A stretch of 64,000 nt of DNA, taken from assembly GCA_030648205.1 (NCBI GenBank), contig JAUSIH010000046.1, forward strand, positions 67,147 through 131,146. The letters run 5' to 3'. The notes below the pieces were generated by a model, which was given only the letters and a program-made list of their open reading frames with translations, was not told the DNA's origin and did no database searches. Each line of letters begins with the position of its first letter. Position 1 is the first letter of the stretch. Positions 19,591 through 28,039 of this stretch are shown piece by piece. This DNA is from Dehalococcoidia bacterium. GTDB taxonomy: Bacteria > Chloroflexota > Dehalococcoidia > JAUSIH01. The position numbers were made by a program, and so were the translations under genes.

Positions 19591-20658
19591 ATGGCCTTGG
19601 ACATGAAAGCCGCCCGACTTGACGTGGGCGACTACTTCGAGTGGCTGGAGATGGCCTTCGAGAAGCGCTGGACGGACGGCCTGCCCGTGGTCCCGCCCAC
19701 TCCGGAGCGCGTCCAGGCGTTCATAGACTATGTGGGACGCGACCCCTTGGATGTCGTGGGTGAGGTGCCGCCCAAGTACGGCATCGCTACCATCGAGAAG
19801 CTGGCCGTGAACGCGGTGATGGGCGGGTGCCGCCCTGAATACTTTCCCGTGGTCATCGCCGCCATTGAGGCCATGCTGGAGCCGCAGTTCAACCTGAACG
19901 GCGTCCAGACCACCACCCACAATAACGAGCCGCTCGCCATCATCAGCGGGCCCATCGTCAAGCAGATAGGATTGAACGCGCACACGCGCGCTTTTGGCTC
20001 CGGTTACCGGGCCAACGGGACCATCGGCCGGGCCATCAAGCTGGTCCAGTGGAACCTGGGAGGCAGCTATCCAGAGGAGCCGGACAAGTCCTGCTTCGCC
20101 CATCCCGGTCAGTGGACCTACGTTCTGGCGGAAAACCAGGACGCCAACCCGTGGGAGCCGCTCCACGTGACCCGTGGCTTCCCCGCGGAATCAAGCTGCG
20201 TTACGGTCTTCGGCTGCGAGGCGCCGCACAGCGTGTTCAGCTACGGCACAGCCGTCCAGGTGCTCAACGGCATCGGGCATGCCATGGCGACTCCCGCGAA
20301 CAACAACGTCCAGCTCATGGGGGAGATACTCGTCGTCCTCAATCCGTTCAACGCGGCCGCGGTGGCGGGAGAGGGCTGGAGCAAGCAAGACGCCAAGGTC
20401 TATCTATGGCAGCACGCGCGGGTGTCCCGGCGCATCCTTGATGAGTGCTCGTTCCACTGGGACTACGCCAAGCACTACTGGCCCAAGTGGATAAGCCTGG
20501 ACAACCCCAACGAGATGATCCCCCTTACTGAGCGGCCGGAGGACATTCATGTGGTTGTGGCCGGCGGGGACAAGAAGTTCTGCATGGTCTGCCCCGGCTG
20601 GGGCAAGATAGGCGGCCTGGCGGCGACCAAGGAGATCAAGCTGCCGCGCAAGAAATAG
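19591..20658 (+). CDS. Conserved hypothetical protein, cassette 2 large subunit (paralog of 17761-18849)
   Basis: 355 aa with the same conserved motifs; start ATG 19591 after GAGAAAAGAGGA. Confidence 0.6.
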   Translation: MALDMKAARLDVGDYFEWLEMAFEKRWTDGLPVVPPTPERVQAFIDYVGRDPLDVVGEVPPKYGIATIEKLAVNAVMGGCRPEYFPVVIAAIEAMLEPQFNLNGVQTTTHNNEPLAIISGPIVKQIGLNAHTRAFGSGYRANGTIGRAIKLVQWNLGGSYPEEPDKSCFAHPGQWTYVLAENQDANPWEPLHVTRGFPAESSCVTVFGCEAPHSVFSYGTAVQVLNGIGHAMATPANNNVQLMGEILVVLNPFNAAAVAGEGWSKQDAKVYLWQHARVSRRILDECSFHWDYAKHYWPKWISLDNPNEMIPLTERPEDIHVVVAGGDKKFCMVCPGWGKIGGLAATKEIKLPRKK

Positions 20659-20713
20659 GACGGACGCCGCGTTAGGCTATGGTCAACACAGACAACGCAT
20701 AAGGGAGGCGGCA

Positions 20714-21286
20714 ATGGCGACAAAAACAGCTCAGATGACGGTGCTTGATCCGGTGGGTATCACCCGCGCCGAGATGGAGAAGCGGACGGTGACGCGCCGG
20801 CTGGACGACCTGCGCGGCAAGACCATCGGCTTTGTTGACGACGGGTTTTCCGGCGCGGACTATTTCATCAAAGGCGTTCAGTCCCTCGTCGAGCAGCGCT
20901 TTCCCGGCGTCAAGACTCACTACTGGCTCAAGCCCATGATGTCGAGGCCCGCTCCGCCTCAGCTCATCGAGGAGGTGGCGCGCTCGTGCGACGCGGTAGT
21001 GGTCGGCATCTGCGCCTGAGGGTCCTGCACGTCGGGCAGTGTGCACGACACGGTGGCGCTGGAGAAGAAGGGCATACCCGCGGTGGCCGTCTCTTATACG
21101 ACGTTTGATGGCGCGGCCCGCACCCAGGCCAAGCTTATGGGCCTGCCGGACATGAAGCTCGCCGTGATTCCTTTTCCCACGCCCGTGGACCCTGAGGCGG
21201 TGAAGAAGGAGCGCGTGAACCAGCTATTCGAGATGGTGGTCAAACACCTGACGGTGGACACCGCTCCCAAAATGCCTGCGCGGTAG
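20714..21286 (+). CDS. Putative UGSC-motif selenoprotein (in-frame TGA at 21017-21019 read as Sec); 190 aa
   Basis: ...AVVVGICA-U-GSCTSGSVHDTVALEKKGIPAV.. carries the same A-U-G-S-C-T-S-G context as the paralog, with the TGA at the equivalent position. Downstream hairpin tgcac-N10-gtgca lies 7 nt after the TGA. Confidence 0.7.
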
Positions 21287-21315
21287 AGCCGCCTCGCGCC
21301 CTCAGGGGACAATAC

Positions 21316-21350
21316 AAAGCCCCTGGCCGTGGCCAGGGGCTTTGCCTTTG
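21316..21350. terminator. Bidirectional intrinsic terminator between convergent genes
   Basis: Perfect 13-bp stem aaagcccctggcc/ggccaggggcttt with a 3-nt loop, A-rich upstream and gcctttg downstream. Sits between the selenoprotein 2 stop (21286) and the permease stop (21363). Confidence 0.55.
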
Positions 21351-21362
21351 CTGGAACGATGT

Positions 21363-22286
21363 TCAGGTGGAGCCTTGGGAGCCTTTGAGTCGCGGGTCCA
21401 GGACATCCCGCAGGGCGTCGCCCAGCATGCTGAAGCCGAAGACGGTCAGGCTGAGGGCGATGCCCGGGAAAAGGGCTATCCACGGGGCCTGCTCCATCAG
21501 CTCGCGGCCCTTGCCGCTGATCATCCGGCCCCAGGACGGGTCGGGCGGCGGCACGCCAAAGCCCAGGAAGCTCAGTGAGGACTCGGCCAGGATGGCCTGT
21601 GCCCACGTCAGGCTGGCGATGACGATGAGGGGCGCGAAGGTGTTGGGCAGGAGGTGGTGCACCATGATGCGCATGCCGGAGCTGCCGATGGCCCGGGCGG
21701 CGTCTATGTAGGCGTTCTCCTTCAGGCTCAGGACCGCCGCGCGCACGACGCGGGCGTTCTTCACGCCCAGGACAAAGCCCAGGGCGATGAACAGGTTCTC
21801 CATGCTGCTGCCGAACATCATCATCAGCGTCAGCATCAGGATGAGGAAGGGGAACGCCATGATGGCGTCAACGATGCGCTGGGTCAGGGAGTCGAACGTG
21901 CCGCCCAAGTAGCCGCTGAGGATGCCGACGGCTGAGGCGATGATGGTGTTGATGACAACCGTGCCCAGGGCCACATACAGCGAGACGCGGGCGCCGAAAA
22001 GCACGCGGCTGAGTACGTCGCGGCCCTGCTCGTCGGCCCCGAACGGGTGCGCCGTTTCGGGCGGAAACAGACGCCAGTCGGCGCGCACCTGAATGGGGTC
22101 GTAGGGGGTCAGGATAGGCGCGAGGACAGCGACGAGGATGAGGAAGACGACGATGATGCCGCCGATGGCGCCGAGCGGTTTGTTCCGGATGAAGGACATG
22201 GTCCACCGCCACGAGCGTACCGTCGCCGACGGCACGGGCCGCCGCATCACCAGGACGTCTCGGGACGTTACGCCGCTTTGCTCCAT
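21363..22286 (-). CDS. ABC transporter permease (DppC/OppC family)
   Basis: N-terminal TM segment plus PFGADEQGRDVLSRVLFGARVSL and the EAA-loop region. Start may instead be an internal Met (MSFIRNK). Confidence 0.85.
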   Translation of the reverse strand: MEQSGVTSRDVLVMRRPVPSATVRSWRWTMSFIRNKPLGAIGGIIVVFLILVAVLAPILTPYDPIQVRADWRLFPPETAHPFGADEQGRDVLSRVLFGARVSLYVALGTVVINTIIASAVGILSGYLGGTFDSLTQRIVDAIMAFPFLILMLTLMMMFGSSMENLFIALGFVLGVKNARVVRAAVLSLKENAYIDAARAIGSSGMRIMVHHLLPNTFAPLIVIASLTWAQAILAESSLSFLGFGVPPPDPSWGRMISGKGRELMEQAPWIALFPGIALSLTVFGFSMLGDALRDVLDPRLKGSQGST

Positions 22287-22296
22287 GGTTTAAATC

Positions 22297-23244
22297 CTAC
22301 TTATAGCGGATGCGCGGGTCGAAGTAGGCCAGCGACATGTCCACCGCGAGGTTGATGCCCACGGTGAACGTAGCCAGCAGCAGGTTGACCGCCTGGACCG
22401 CCGGGTAGTCGCGCGCAAGGATCACGGTGTAGATATAGTGCCCCAGCCCTGGCAGCGCGAAGATAGGCTCGACGACGACGGCGCGCCCGACGAGAGACGC
22501 TATCTCAATGCCCAGGATGGTCACGACGGGGATGAGGCTGTTCTTCAACGCGTGGCGCACGAGCACTGTCCGCTCCCTCAGTCCCTTGGACCACGCCGTC
22601 CGAATGTAGTCCTGGCGGAGCACCTCCAGGAGGCTGGTGCGCATCATGCGCATGACGATGGCGCCGGTGTAGAGGCCAAGGATAACCGCTGGGAAGATGA
22701 ACTGCTGGAAGTTCTCCCAAGGCGCGTCCAAGACGCTTTCGTAGCGGAGTGGCGGTATCCAGCCGAAGGCAATGGTGAACATAAAGATGGCCATGGTGGC
22801 GAGCCAGAAGGAGGGTATGGCCAGGCCGCCAATGGCGAAGCTGCGTGTGAGGTAGTCCGCCCAGGAGTCCTGCCGGATGGCGGAGATGGTGCCGATGGGC
22901 ACGCCAATGAGCAGGGCCACCACGAGGCTCATGAGCACAAGCTCGACGGTGACCGGTATGCGCTGCTCCAGGTCCTTGATAACGGGACGGTTGCTGGACA
23001 GAGACCTGCCCAGGTCGCCCTGCAGGACGTTGCCGAACCAGACGACGTACTGGAGATGAATAGGTTGGTCCAGCCCCAGGCGGTGCAGCTCCTTTTGTAT
23101 CTCCTCCTGGCTTGCGCCTGCGTCGCCGACGAGGATGGAGACCACGCTGCCCGGAAGGAAGCGGACAAACGAGAAAACCAGGATGCTGATCAGGATGATC
23201 GTTGGCACGAGGAGCAGCAGCCGGCGGAGCAAGTACTGTTGCAT
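22297..23244 (-). CDS. ABC transporter permease (DppB/OppB family)
   Basis: MQQYLLRRLLLLVPTIILISILVF...; 315 aa BPD_transp_1-type permease. Confidence 0.85.
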   Translation of the reverse strand: MQQYLLRRLLLLVPTIILISILVFSFVRFLPGSVVSILVGDAGASQEEIQKELHRLGLDQPIHLQYVVWFGNVLQGDLGRSLSSNRPVIKDLEQRIPVTVELVLMSLVVALLIGVPIGTISAIRQDSWADYLTRSFAIGGLAIPSFWLATMAIFMFTIAFGWIPPLRYESVLDAPWENFQQFIFPAVILGLYTGAIVMRMMRTSLLEVLRQDYIRTAWSKGLRERTVLVRHALKNSLIPVVTILGIEIASLVGRAVVVEPIFALPGLGHYIYTVILARDYPAVQAVNLLLATFTVGINLAVDMSLAYFDPRIRYK

Positions 23245-23306
23245 AGCGTGTCTATAGACCCCGCAATATGTTCAAGGGCAGCCTGCTACGTGTGCCCATG
23301 CCGTCG

Positions 23307-25094
23307 TTACCGGTCAATCCAGACAGAGGCGGTGTCACCCCATCTCCGGTAGACGCTGGGCTGCACCACCACCCAGGACTGGTTCGGGAGATAGGTCTCA
23401 CGGGTGTGCAGCCACATCTGCGGGTACAGGCTCCACAGCTTCTCCTGGGCTTGCATCACGAGTTGCTTGCGCTTGGTTACATCCAACTCCTGCCGCTGGG
23501 CGTCCAGGAGTTTGTCCAGTTCAGGGTTGCTCAGCTTCTGGAAGTTCCGGCCCGCGCCCGTGTGGTGGCGCGTGAATAGCTGGGCGTCCGGCTCAACGGG
23601 CGCCGTATAGCCTCGGGTACGCAACAGGAAATCGCCCGAAGCATCTGAGTCGAACCACTGGGTCCGCTCCATCAGCTTGATGGTGGCGATGTCAATGTAG
23701 ACCTTGCGTAGCTCGGACTTGGCTATTTCCGTGGGCGTCAAGTTGATGTACGCGAAGACCTGCGTCCCTTCCGCCTCCACGACGAGAGGTTTGTCGGGGC
23801 CGTATCCGGCCTCGCGCATCAGGCGCTGTGCCTCGGCAATGTCCTTCTGGCCGTCGGGCGTATCCTTGGGCCGGAAGCCCTCGCGTTTCAGAAGCTCTTC
23901 CTCCGTCCACGTCCACCCGGGAAAGAGTCGGGGCGACATCGGCCCGCTCAGATGGCCTCCGCCGCCTATGTTAACCTTGAGCATCTCTTGCCGGTCCAGA
24001 GCCAGGAACATCGCCTTGCGGATGCGGATGTCATCAAAAGGCTTGCGGTTCACGTTGGGGATCAGGGCGAGGGGGTATGGGTCCGGCGCGGCGGTGAGCT
24101 TCATGCCCGGGTTGGTCCGCTCCAGGTCGCGCTTGGCGACGACGTCGAAGGCGGCCGCATAGCTGATAATCGAGTCCACCTTGCTCGTGCGAAACGCGGC
24201 GATCATAGTGGCGGAGTCCGGCACGATGAACATTTGAACGCCGTCCAAGTAGGGCTTGCCCGTGTTCCAGTAGTCCGGGTTGCGCACCGCCTCGGCGCCC
24301 ACGTCGCGCGTGTAGGACTTGATCATGAAGGGGCCGGTGGAGCGGGCGTTGGTCAGCGTCTTGTAAGCGTCCTCGCCGCCCAGCTTCTCCTCCACCTCCG
24401 GCGCAAGCATGAGCTGGTTTGCCGCTGGCCCGCCCTTGAGGTAGGTCAGAATGGGCGCGAAGGGAAACTTTGTCTTGACCTGAACTATATATTTGTCCGG
24501 CGCGGTGAACGTGTCCACCGGCTCAAAGTTGCTCTTCCAGAGGTACTGAGCGCCGGGGCGCCTGATGCGCTCCAGGTTCCAGACGATGTCCTGCGCGGTG
24601 AGTTCGCGGCCATTGACGGGCGGGAGGTTGTGGAACTTGACGCCCTTGCGTATGGAAAGCACGAGCGTTTGCGGGTCCTTGAACTCCCACTTTTCCGCCA
24701 GCTCCGGAATGGGTAAGCCGTCGTTGATGTTAAAGTTGACGATATAGCTGCCCAGGTAGTCCCAGAACCCGATAGTTCCGGGGGAGCGGTGCGGGTCGCT
24801 GTGCGCCTCCTCAGACGGCGCCACCATCTTCAGGACGCCGCCGCGCTTGATCTGGACCGCCGGCGCGGGCGTGGGCGCGGCGGGCCGCGCTGTCGGCGTC
24901 GGCGCGAGTGGCGGGCTTGTCGTAGGCGCTGCGGCAGGTCGCGCCTGGGTGGGCGCAGCGGCGGGAGCGGTGGTGGGATTCGGCGCCGGAACCGGCTGCG
25001 CGGCGGGGGAGCAGCTCGCGGCGACGAGAGACAGCATGGCGATTCCGTAGAGACTGTAAGCCCAAGCCTTGCGGTGGACGTTCCTGCGAGTCAT
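23307..25094 (-). CDS. ABC transporter substrate-binding lipoprotein, family 5 (peptide/nickel/opine type) with a Pro/Ala/Thr-rich linker
   Basis: Signal peptide plus lipobox (LVAASC), low-complexity PAPNPTTAPAAAPTQARPAAAPT linker, then SBP_bac_5 body; 595 aa. Confidence 0.85.
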   Translation of the reverse strand: MTRRNVHRKAWAYSLYGIAMLSLVAASCSPAAQPVPAPNPTTAPAAAPTQARPAAAPTTSPPLAPTPTARPAAPTPAPAVQIKRGGVLKMVAPSEEAHSDPHRSPGTIGFWDYLGSYIVNFNINDGLPIPELAEKWEFKDPQTLVLSIRKGVKFHNLPPVNGRELTAQDIVWNLERIRRPGAQYLWKSNFEPVDTFTAPDKYIVQVKTKFPFAPILTYLKGGPAANQLMLAPEVEEKLGGEDAYKTLTNARSTGPFMIKSYTRDVGAEAVRNPDYWNTGKPYLDGVQMFIVPDSATMIAAFRTSKVDSIISYAAAFDVVAKRDLERTNPGMKLTAAPDPYPLALIPNVNRKPFDDIRIRKAMFLALDRQEMLKVNIGGGGHLSGPMSPRLFPGWTWTEEELLKREGFRPKDTPDGQKDIAEAQRLMREAGYGPDKPLVVEAEGTQVFAYINLTPTEIAKSELRKVYIDIATIKLMERTQWFDSDASGDFLLRTRGYTAPVEPDAQLFTRHHTGAGRNFQKLSNPELDKLLDAQRQELDVTKRKQLVMQAQEKLWSLYPQMWLHTRETYLPNQSWVVVQPSVYRRWGDTASVWIDR

Positions 25095-25215
25095 GGAAAC
25101 CTCCCGTGACGTGCGAACGAGGACGATAGGCCTGTCACCACACTGGGAAATGTATGCACAGTCTAGGGGGCGAGGAAGCCGTTGTCAATCCCTGGACTGG
25201 GGGTCTGAGTACGGT

Positions 25216-25249
25216 GGTGCGGACGCTGGCCGCGGCCAGCGTCCGCACC
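25216..25249. promoter_or_regulatory. 34-bp perfect palindrome abutting a TTGACA -35 hexamer in the divergent SBP/cyclase intergenic region (candidate operator)
   Basis: ggtgcggacgctggcc-gc-ggccagcgtccgcacc (16-bp arms) at 25216-25249, immediately followed by TTGACA (25251-25256), 17 nt, TAAGGT. Lies upstream of the cyclase gene (ATG 25326) and divergent from the SBP gene (start 25094). Confidence 0.4.
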
Positions 25250-25325
25250 CTTGACAGGGGCACCCCCAGACGATAAGGTAGGGGCGCTCTGACAGCGTGT
25301 ACGTACAACTCCAGGAGGTGTCGCG

Positions 25326-26204
25326 ATGAAATCCCAGGCAGCGTTGGAAGTCAGTAACTGGGGTCGCTGGGGCCCGAACGACGAGCGAGGCACCCTCAAC
25401 TGGATCACGCCCGAGGTCATCGCCAAGGCGGCGCGGCTTGTGAAGAAGGGCAAAGTCTACAGCCTCTCCGTGGAGATTCACAAGGACACGCCCTGCGCGC
25501 CACACAAGAACACGCCCTGGAAGCAGGGCCTCGTCAGGGAAGACCACACTACCAGCGATCGGGTGGTCTTCCAGGACGTCATCATGATAAACACACACGG
25601 GGCCACCCACATGGACCCCCTGTGCCATGTCACGTACGGGCGCAAGCTGTACAACGGGTTTCCCATTGAGGGTAACGTGAGTGAGGGCGGCGCGCTGAAG
25701 TGCGGCATTGACAAGGTGGGAAGTGTGGTTGGCAGAGGCGTACTGCTGGACCTGGCCCGGCACAAGGGCGTGGACGTCGTGCCCCTGGGGTACCCCATCA
25801 CGCCCGCCGATCTGGATGGGTGCGCCCGCGCTCAGGGCGTGGAGATAGGCCAGGGCGACATCGTGCTGCTGCACACGGGCTACCTCCGCAAGTTTGAGAA
25901 GGATCGCTCGCTGTACTCCTCGGCGCCGGGCCTGGGACGGGCCTCCATCTCGTGGCTTGCGGAAAAGCGGCTGACCGCCGTGGGCGCGGACACCGTCGGT
26001 GTGGAAGTGAAGCCGCCGGAAGACCCCAGCCGTGCGCTGGTCGTGCACGAACACTTCATCCGTGACTTGGGCGGCTATCTGCTAGAGCTGTTGGACCTGG
26101 AGGAGATAGCTCGGGACAAGGTCTACGAGTTCCTGTTCGTCGCCGCGCCGCTGCGCGTCCGCAACGGCATGGGCGGCCTGATCAACCCGTTGGCGATTGT
26201 GTAG
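25326..26204 (+). CDS. Putative cyclase family protein (kynurenine formamidase-like metal hydrolase)
   Basis: NWGRWGPNDERGTLN and HxGTHxD-like HGATHMD motifs; 292 aa. Confidence 0.75.
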   Translation: MKSQAALEVSNWGRWGPNDERGTLNWITPEVIAKAARLVKKGKVYSLSVEIHKDTPCAPHKNTPWKQGLVREDHTTSDRVVFQDVIMINTHGATHMDPLCHVTYGRKLYNGFPIEGNVSEGGALKCGIDKVGSVVGRGVLLDLARHKGVDVVPLGYPITPADLDGCARAQGVEIGQGDIVLLHTGYLRKFEKDRSLYSSAPGLGRASISWLAEKRLTAVGADTVGVEVKPPEDPSRALVVHEHFIRDLGGYLLELLDLEEIARDKVYEFLFVAAPLRVRNGMGGLINPLAIV

Positions 26205-26232
26205 CACGATAGCCAGCCATAGGAGGAAACTC

Positions 26233-27963
26233 ATGTCTCTGGCCCTGCGGAAGAAACTTGGCCTCTCCGTCCTGGCGCTCGGCCTTGTCGTTGGCGCCTG
26301 CGCCCCGGCCGCCGCGCCTGTTCCGGCGGCGCCAGCCGCGCCGTCAACCGCGCCTGTGGCGCCCTCGGCGCCCGTTCCCGCAGCCCCTGTGGCTCCGGCC
26401 GCGCCACAGGCCCGCGCTACGCCGGCTCCCGCTCCCGCCGTGATTCCGACCTCGACGCCGCTGCCTCGCGCTCAGCAGGAAGGGCCGCGCCGTGGCGGCA
26501 TCCTGCTCGCCTCGAACTCCGGCGACCCCGGCCACCTTGACCCGCACCAGCGGCGGGGCATTGTGCTGCATTCTCTGAGCAACGTCATCTACACGCAGGT
26601 CGTGAAATGGGACCCGGAGAAGCCCCAGAGCGTCATGGCCGACCTGGCGGAGCGATGGGAGACCAGCCAGGACGGCACCACGTACACGTTTTACCTGCGT
26701 AAGAACGTGAAGTGGCAGGACGGCAAGCCGTTCACCTCCGCGGACGTCGTGTGGAGCCTCAACAGGCTGCGCGACGAGACATCCCCGTTCGCCGTCCTGC
26801 TCGCCGCTGTGGACAAGGTAGAGGCGGTGGACGCGTTCACTGTGCGCATCAAGACCAGGTTCATCACCGGCTCCATGCTTTACAACCTGGCGACAGGCTG
26901 GATTGTCATCGGGCCGAAGCATATCGGCGACGCGCAAGGCAACTTGCGCACCACAGCTGTCGGCACCGGGCCGTTCAAGTTCAAGAGCTTCACGCCCAAC
27001 GTGGTGTTTGAAGTGGTGCGCAACCCGGACTACTACGTGAAGGGTTCGCCCTACTTGGACGGCATCCGCACGTTCCTCATCGCGGACGCCAGCACGCGCC
27101 TAGCGGCGTTCCGCACGGGCCAGGTCAAGTGGATTGACGCGAGCGTGCCCCTCAACCCGAAGGACTCGGAGACAATCAAGAGGGCGATGCCCGGCGCGGT
27201 GGTGTACGAAATTGACCGCCTGAAGGGCAACGTCTTCTTCATGAACGCGAACCAGAAGCCGTGGAACGACGTGCGCGTCCGGCGCGCGATGTACCTCGCG
27301 TTCGACCGGCAGGGAGCCATTCAGGTGCTCGGCGCGGGCGTCGGCACGCTGCGCCTGGCCATGCTGACCGGCGACTGGGCGATGCCCTCCAGCGAGGTCG
27401 CCAAGCTGCCGGGCTTCCGCCAGCCCAAGGACGCGGACAGGGCGGAGGCGAAGAAGCTGCTGGCCGAGGCGGGCTATCCCAATGGCTTCGAGACAGTCAT
27501 TCTGACGCGTTCGGATGATCCCGCGTACGTTCGCATGGCCGAGTTCTCCGCGAACCAGCTCGGCACCATCGGCATACGCGCCCGCATAGACCCGCAGACG
27601 AGCGCAATCTACCTCGACCGTAAGGACAGGTTGCAGTACGACTCCATGGCCATCACGCCGGTGCTGGACAACTTCGACCCGGATGGCGGCTCGCGCTACT
27701 TCCGCTCGCCGAACGAGTCCGGATTCAAGGACCCGGAGATGGACCGGATATTTGACCTGCAGGCGCAGACGCTGGACACGGCCAAGCGCCGCGAATTGAC
27801 ATTGCAGTTGGAGAAGCGGGTGATGGACCAGGGCTGGTACGTCACCACGCACTGGGACACCAACTACATGTTCGGGTGGCCGGAGGTGCGGAACGCGACG
27901 CCGCGCTTCCTGGGATCCAACAGCAACGCACGTTTGCCCGAGTATATATGGCTGGCCCAGTAG
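26233..27963 (+). CDS. ABC transporter substrate-binding lipoprotein, family 5, with a Pro/Ala-rich linker
   Basis: ATG 26233 after AGGAGGA; lipobox LVVGAC; linker APAAAPVPAAPAAPSTAPVAPSAPVPAAP...; SBP_bac_5 body. Confidence 0.85.
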   Translation: MSLALRKKLGLSVLALGLVVGACAPAAAPVPAAPAAPSTAPVAPSAPVPAAPVAPAAPQARATPAPAPAVIPTSTPLPRAQQEGPRRGGILLASNSGDPGHLDPHQRRGIVLHSLSNVIYTQVVKWDPEKPQSVMADLAERWETSQDGTTYTFYLRKNVKWQDGKPFTSADVVWSLNRLRDETSPFAVLLAAVDKVEAVDAFTVRIKTRFITGSMLYNLATGWIVIGPKHIGDAQGNLRTTAVGTGPFKFKSFTPNVVFEVVRNPDYYVKGSPYLDGIRTFLIADASTRLAAFRTGQVKWIDASVPLNPKDSETIKRAMPGAVVYEIDRLKGNVFFMNANQKPWNDVRVRRAMYLAFDRQGAIQVLGAGVGTLRLAMLTGDWAMPSSEVAKLPGFRQPKDADRAEAKKLLAEAGYPNGFETVILTRSDDPAYVRMAEFSANQLGTIGIRARIDPQTSAIYLDRKDRLQYDSMAITPVLDNFDPDGGSRYFRSPNESGFKDPEMDRIFDLQAQTLDTAKRRELTLQLEKRVMDQGWYVTTHWDTNYMFGWPEVRNATPRFLGSNSNARLPEYIWLAQ

Positions 27964-27986
27964 TCCGGTAAGCAGCAGTCTGGTAA

Positions 27987-28029
27987 GATAGAGAGCGGGC
28001 GGCCCCGTCAGGGCTGCCCGCTCTCTATC
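27987..28029 (+). terminator. Strong stem-loop between the SBP and permease genes (intra-operon attenuator/terminator candidate)
   Basis: 14-bp perfect arms gatagagagcgggc / gcccgctctctatc with a 15-nt GC-rich loop, followed by tgtgt. Confidence 0.45.
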
Positions 28030-28039
28030 TGTGTAGGCT

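Noticed and set aside
25069-25453. Small ORFs (61 and 96 aa) spanning the 34-bp palindrome
   Set aside because: Both read through the palindrome in opposite directions, giving mirrored peptides (ADAGRGQRPHP). This is an artefact of the inverted repeat in a divergent promoter region.
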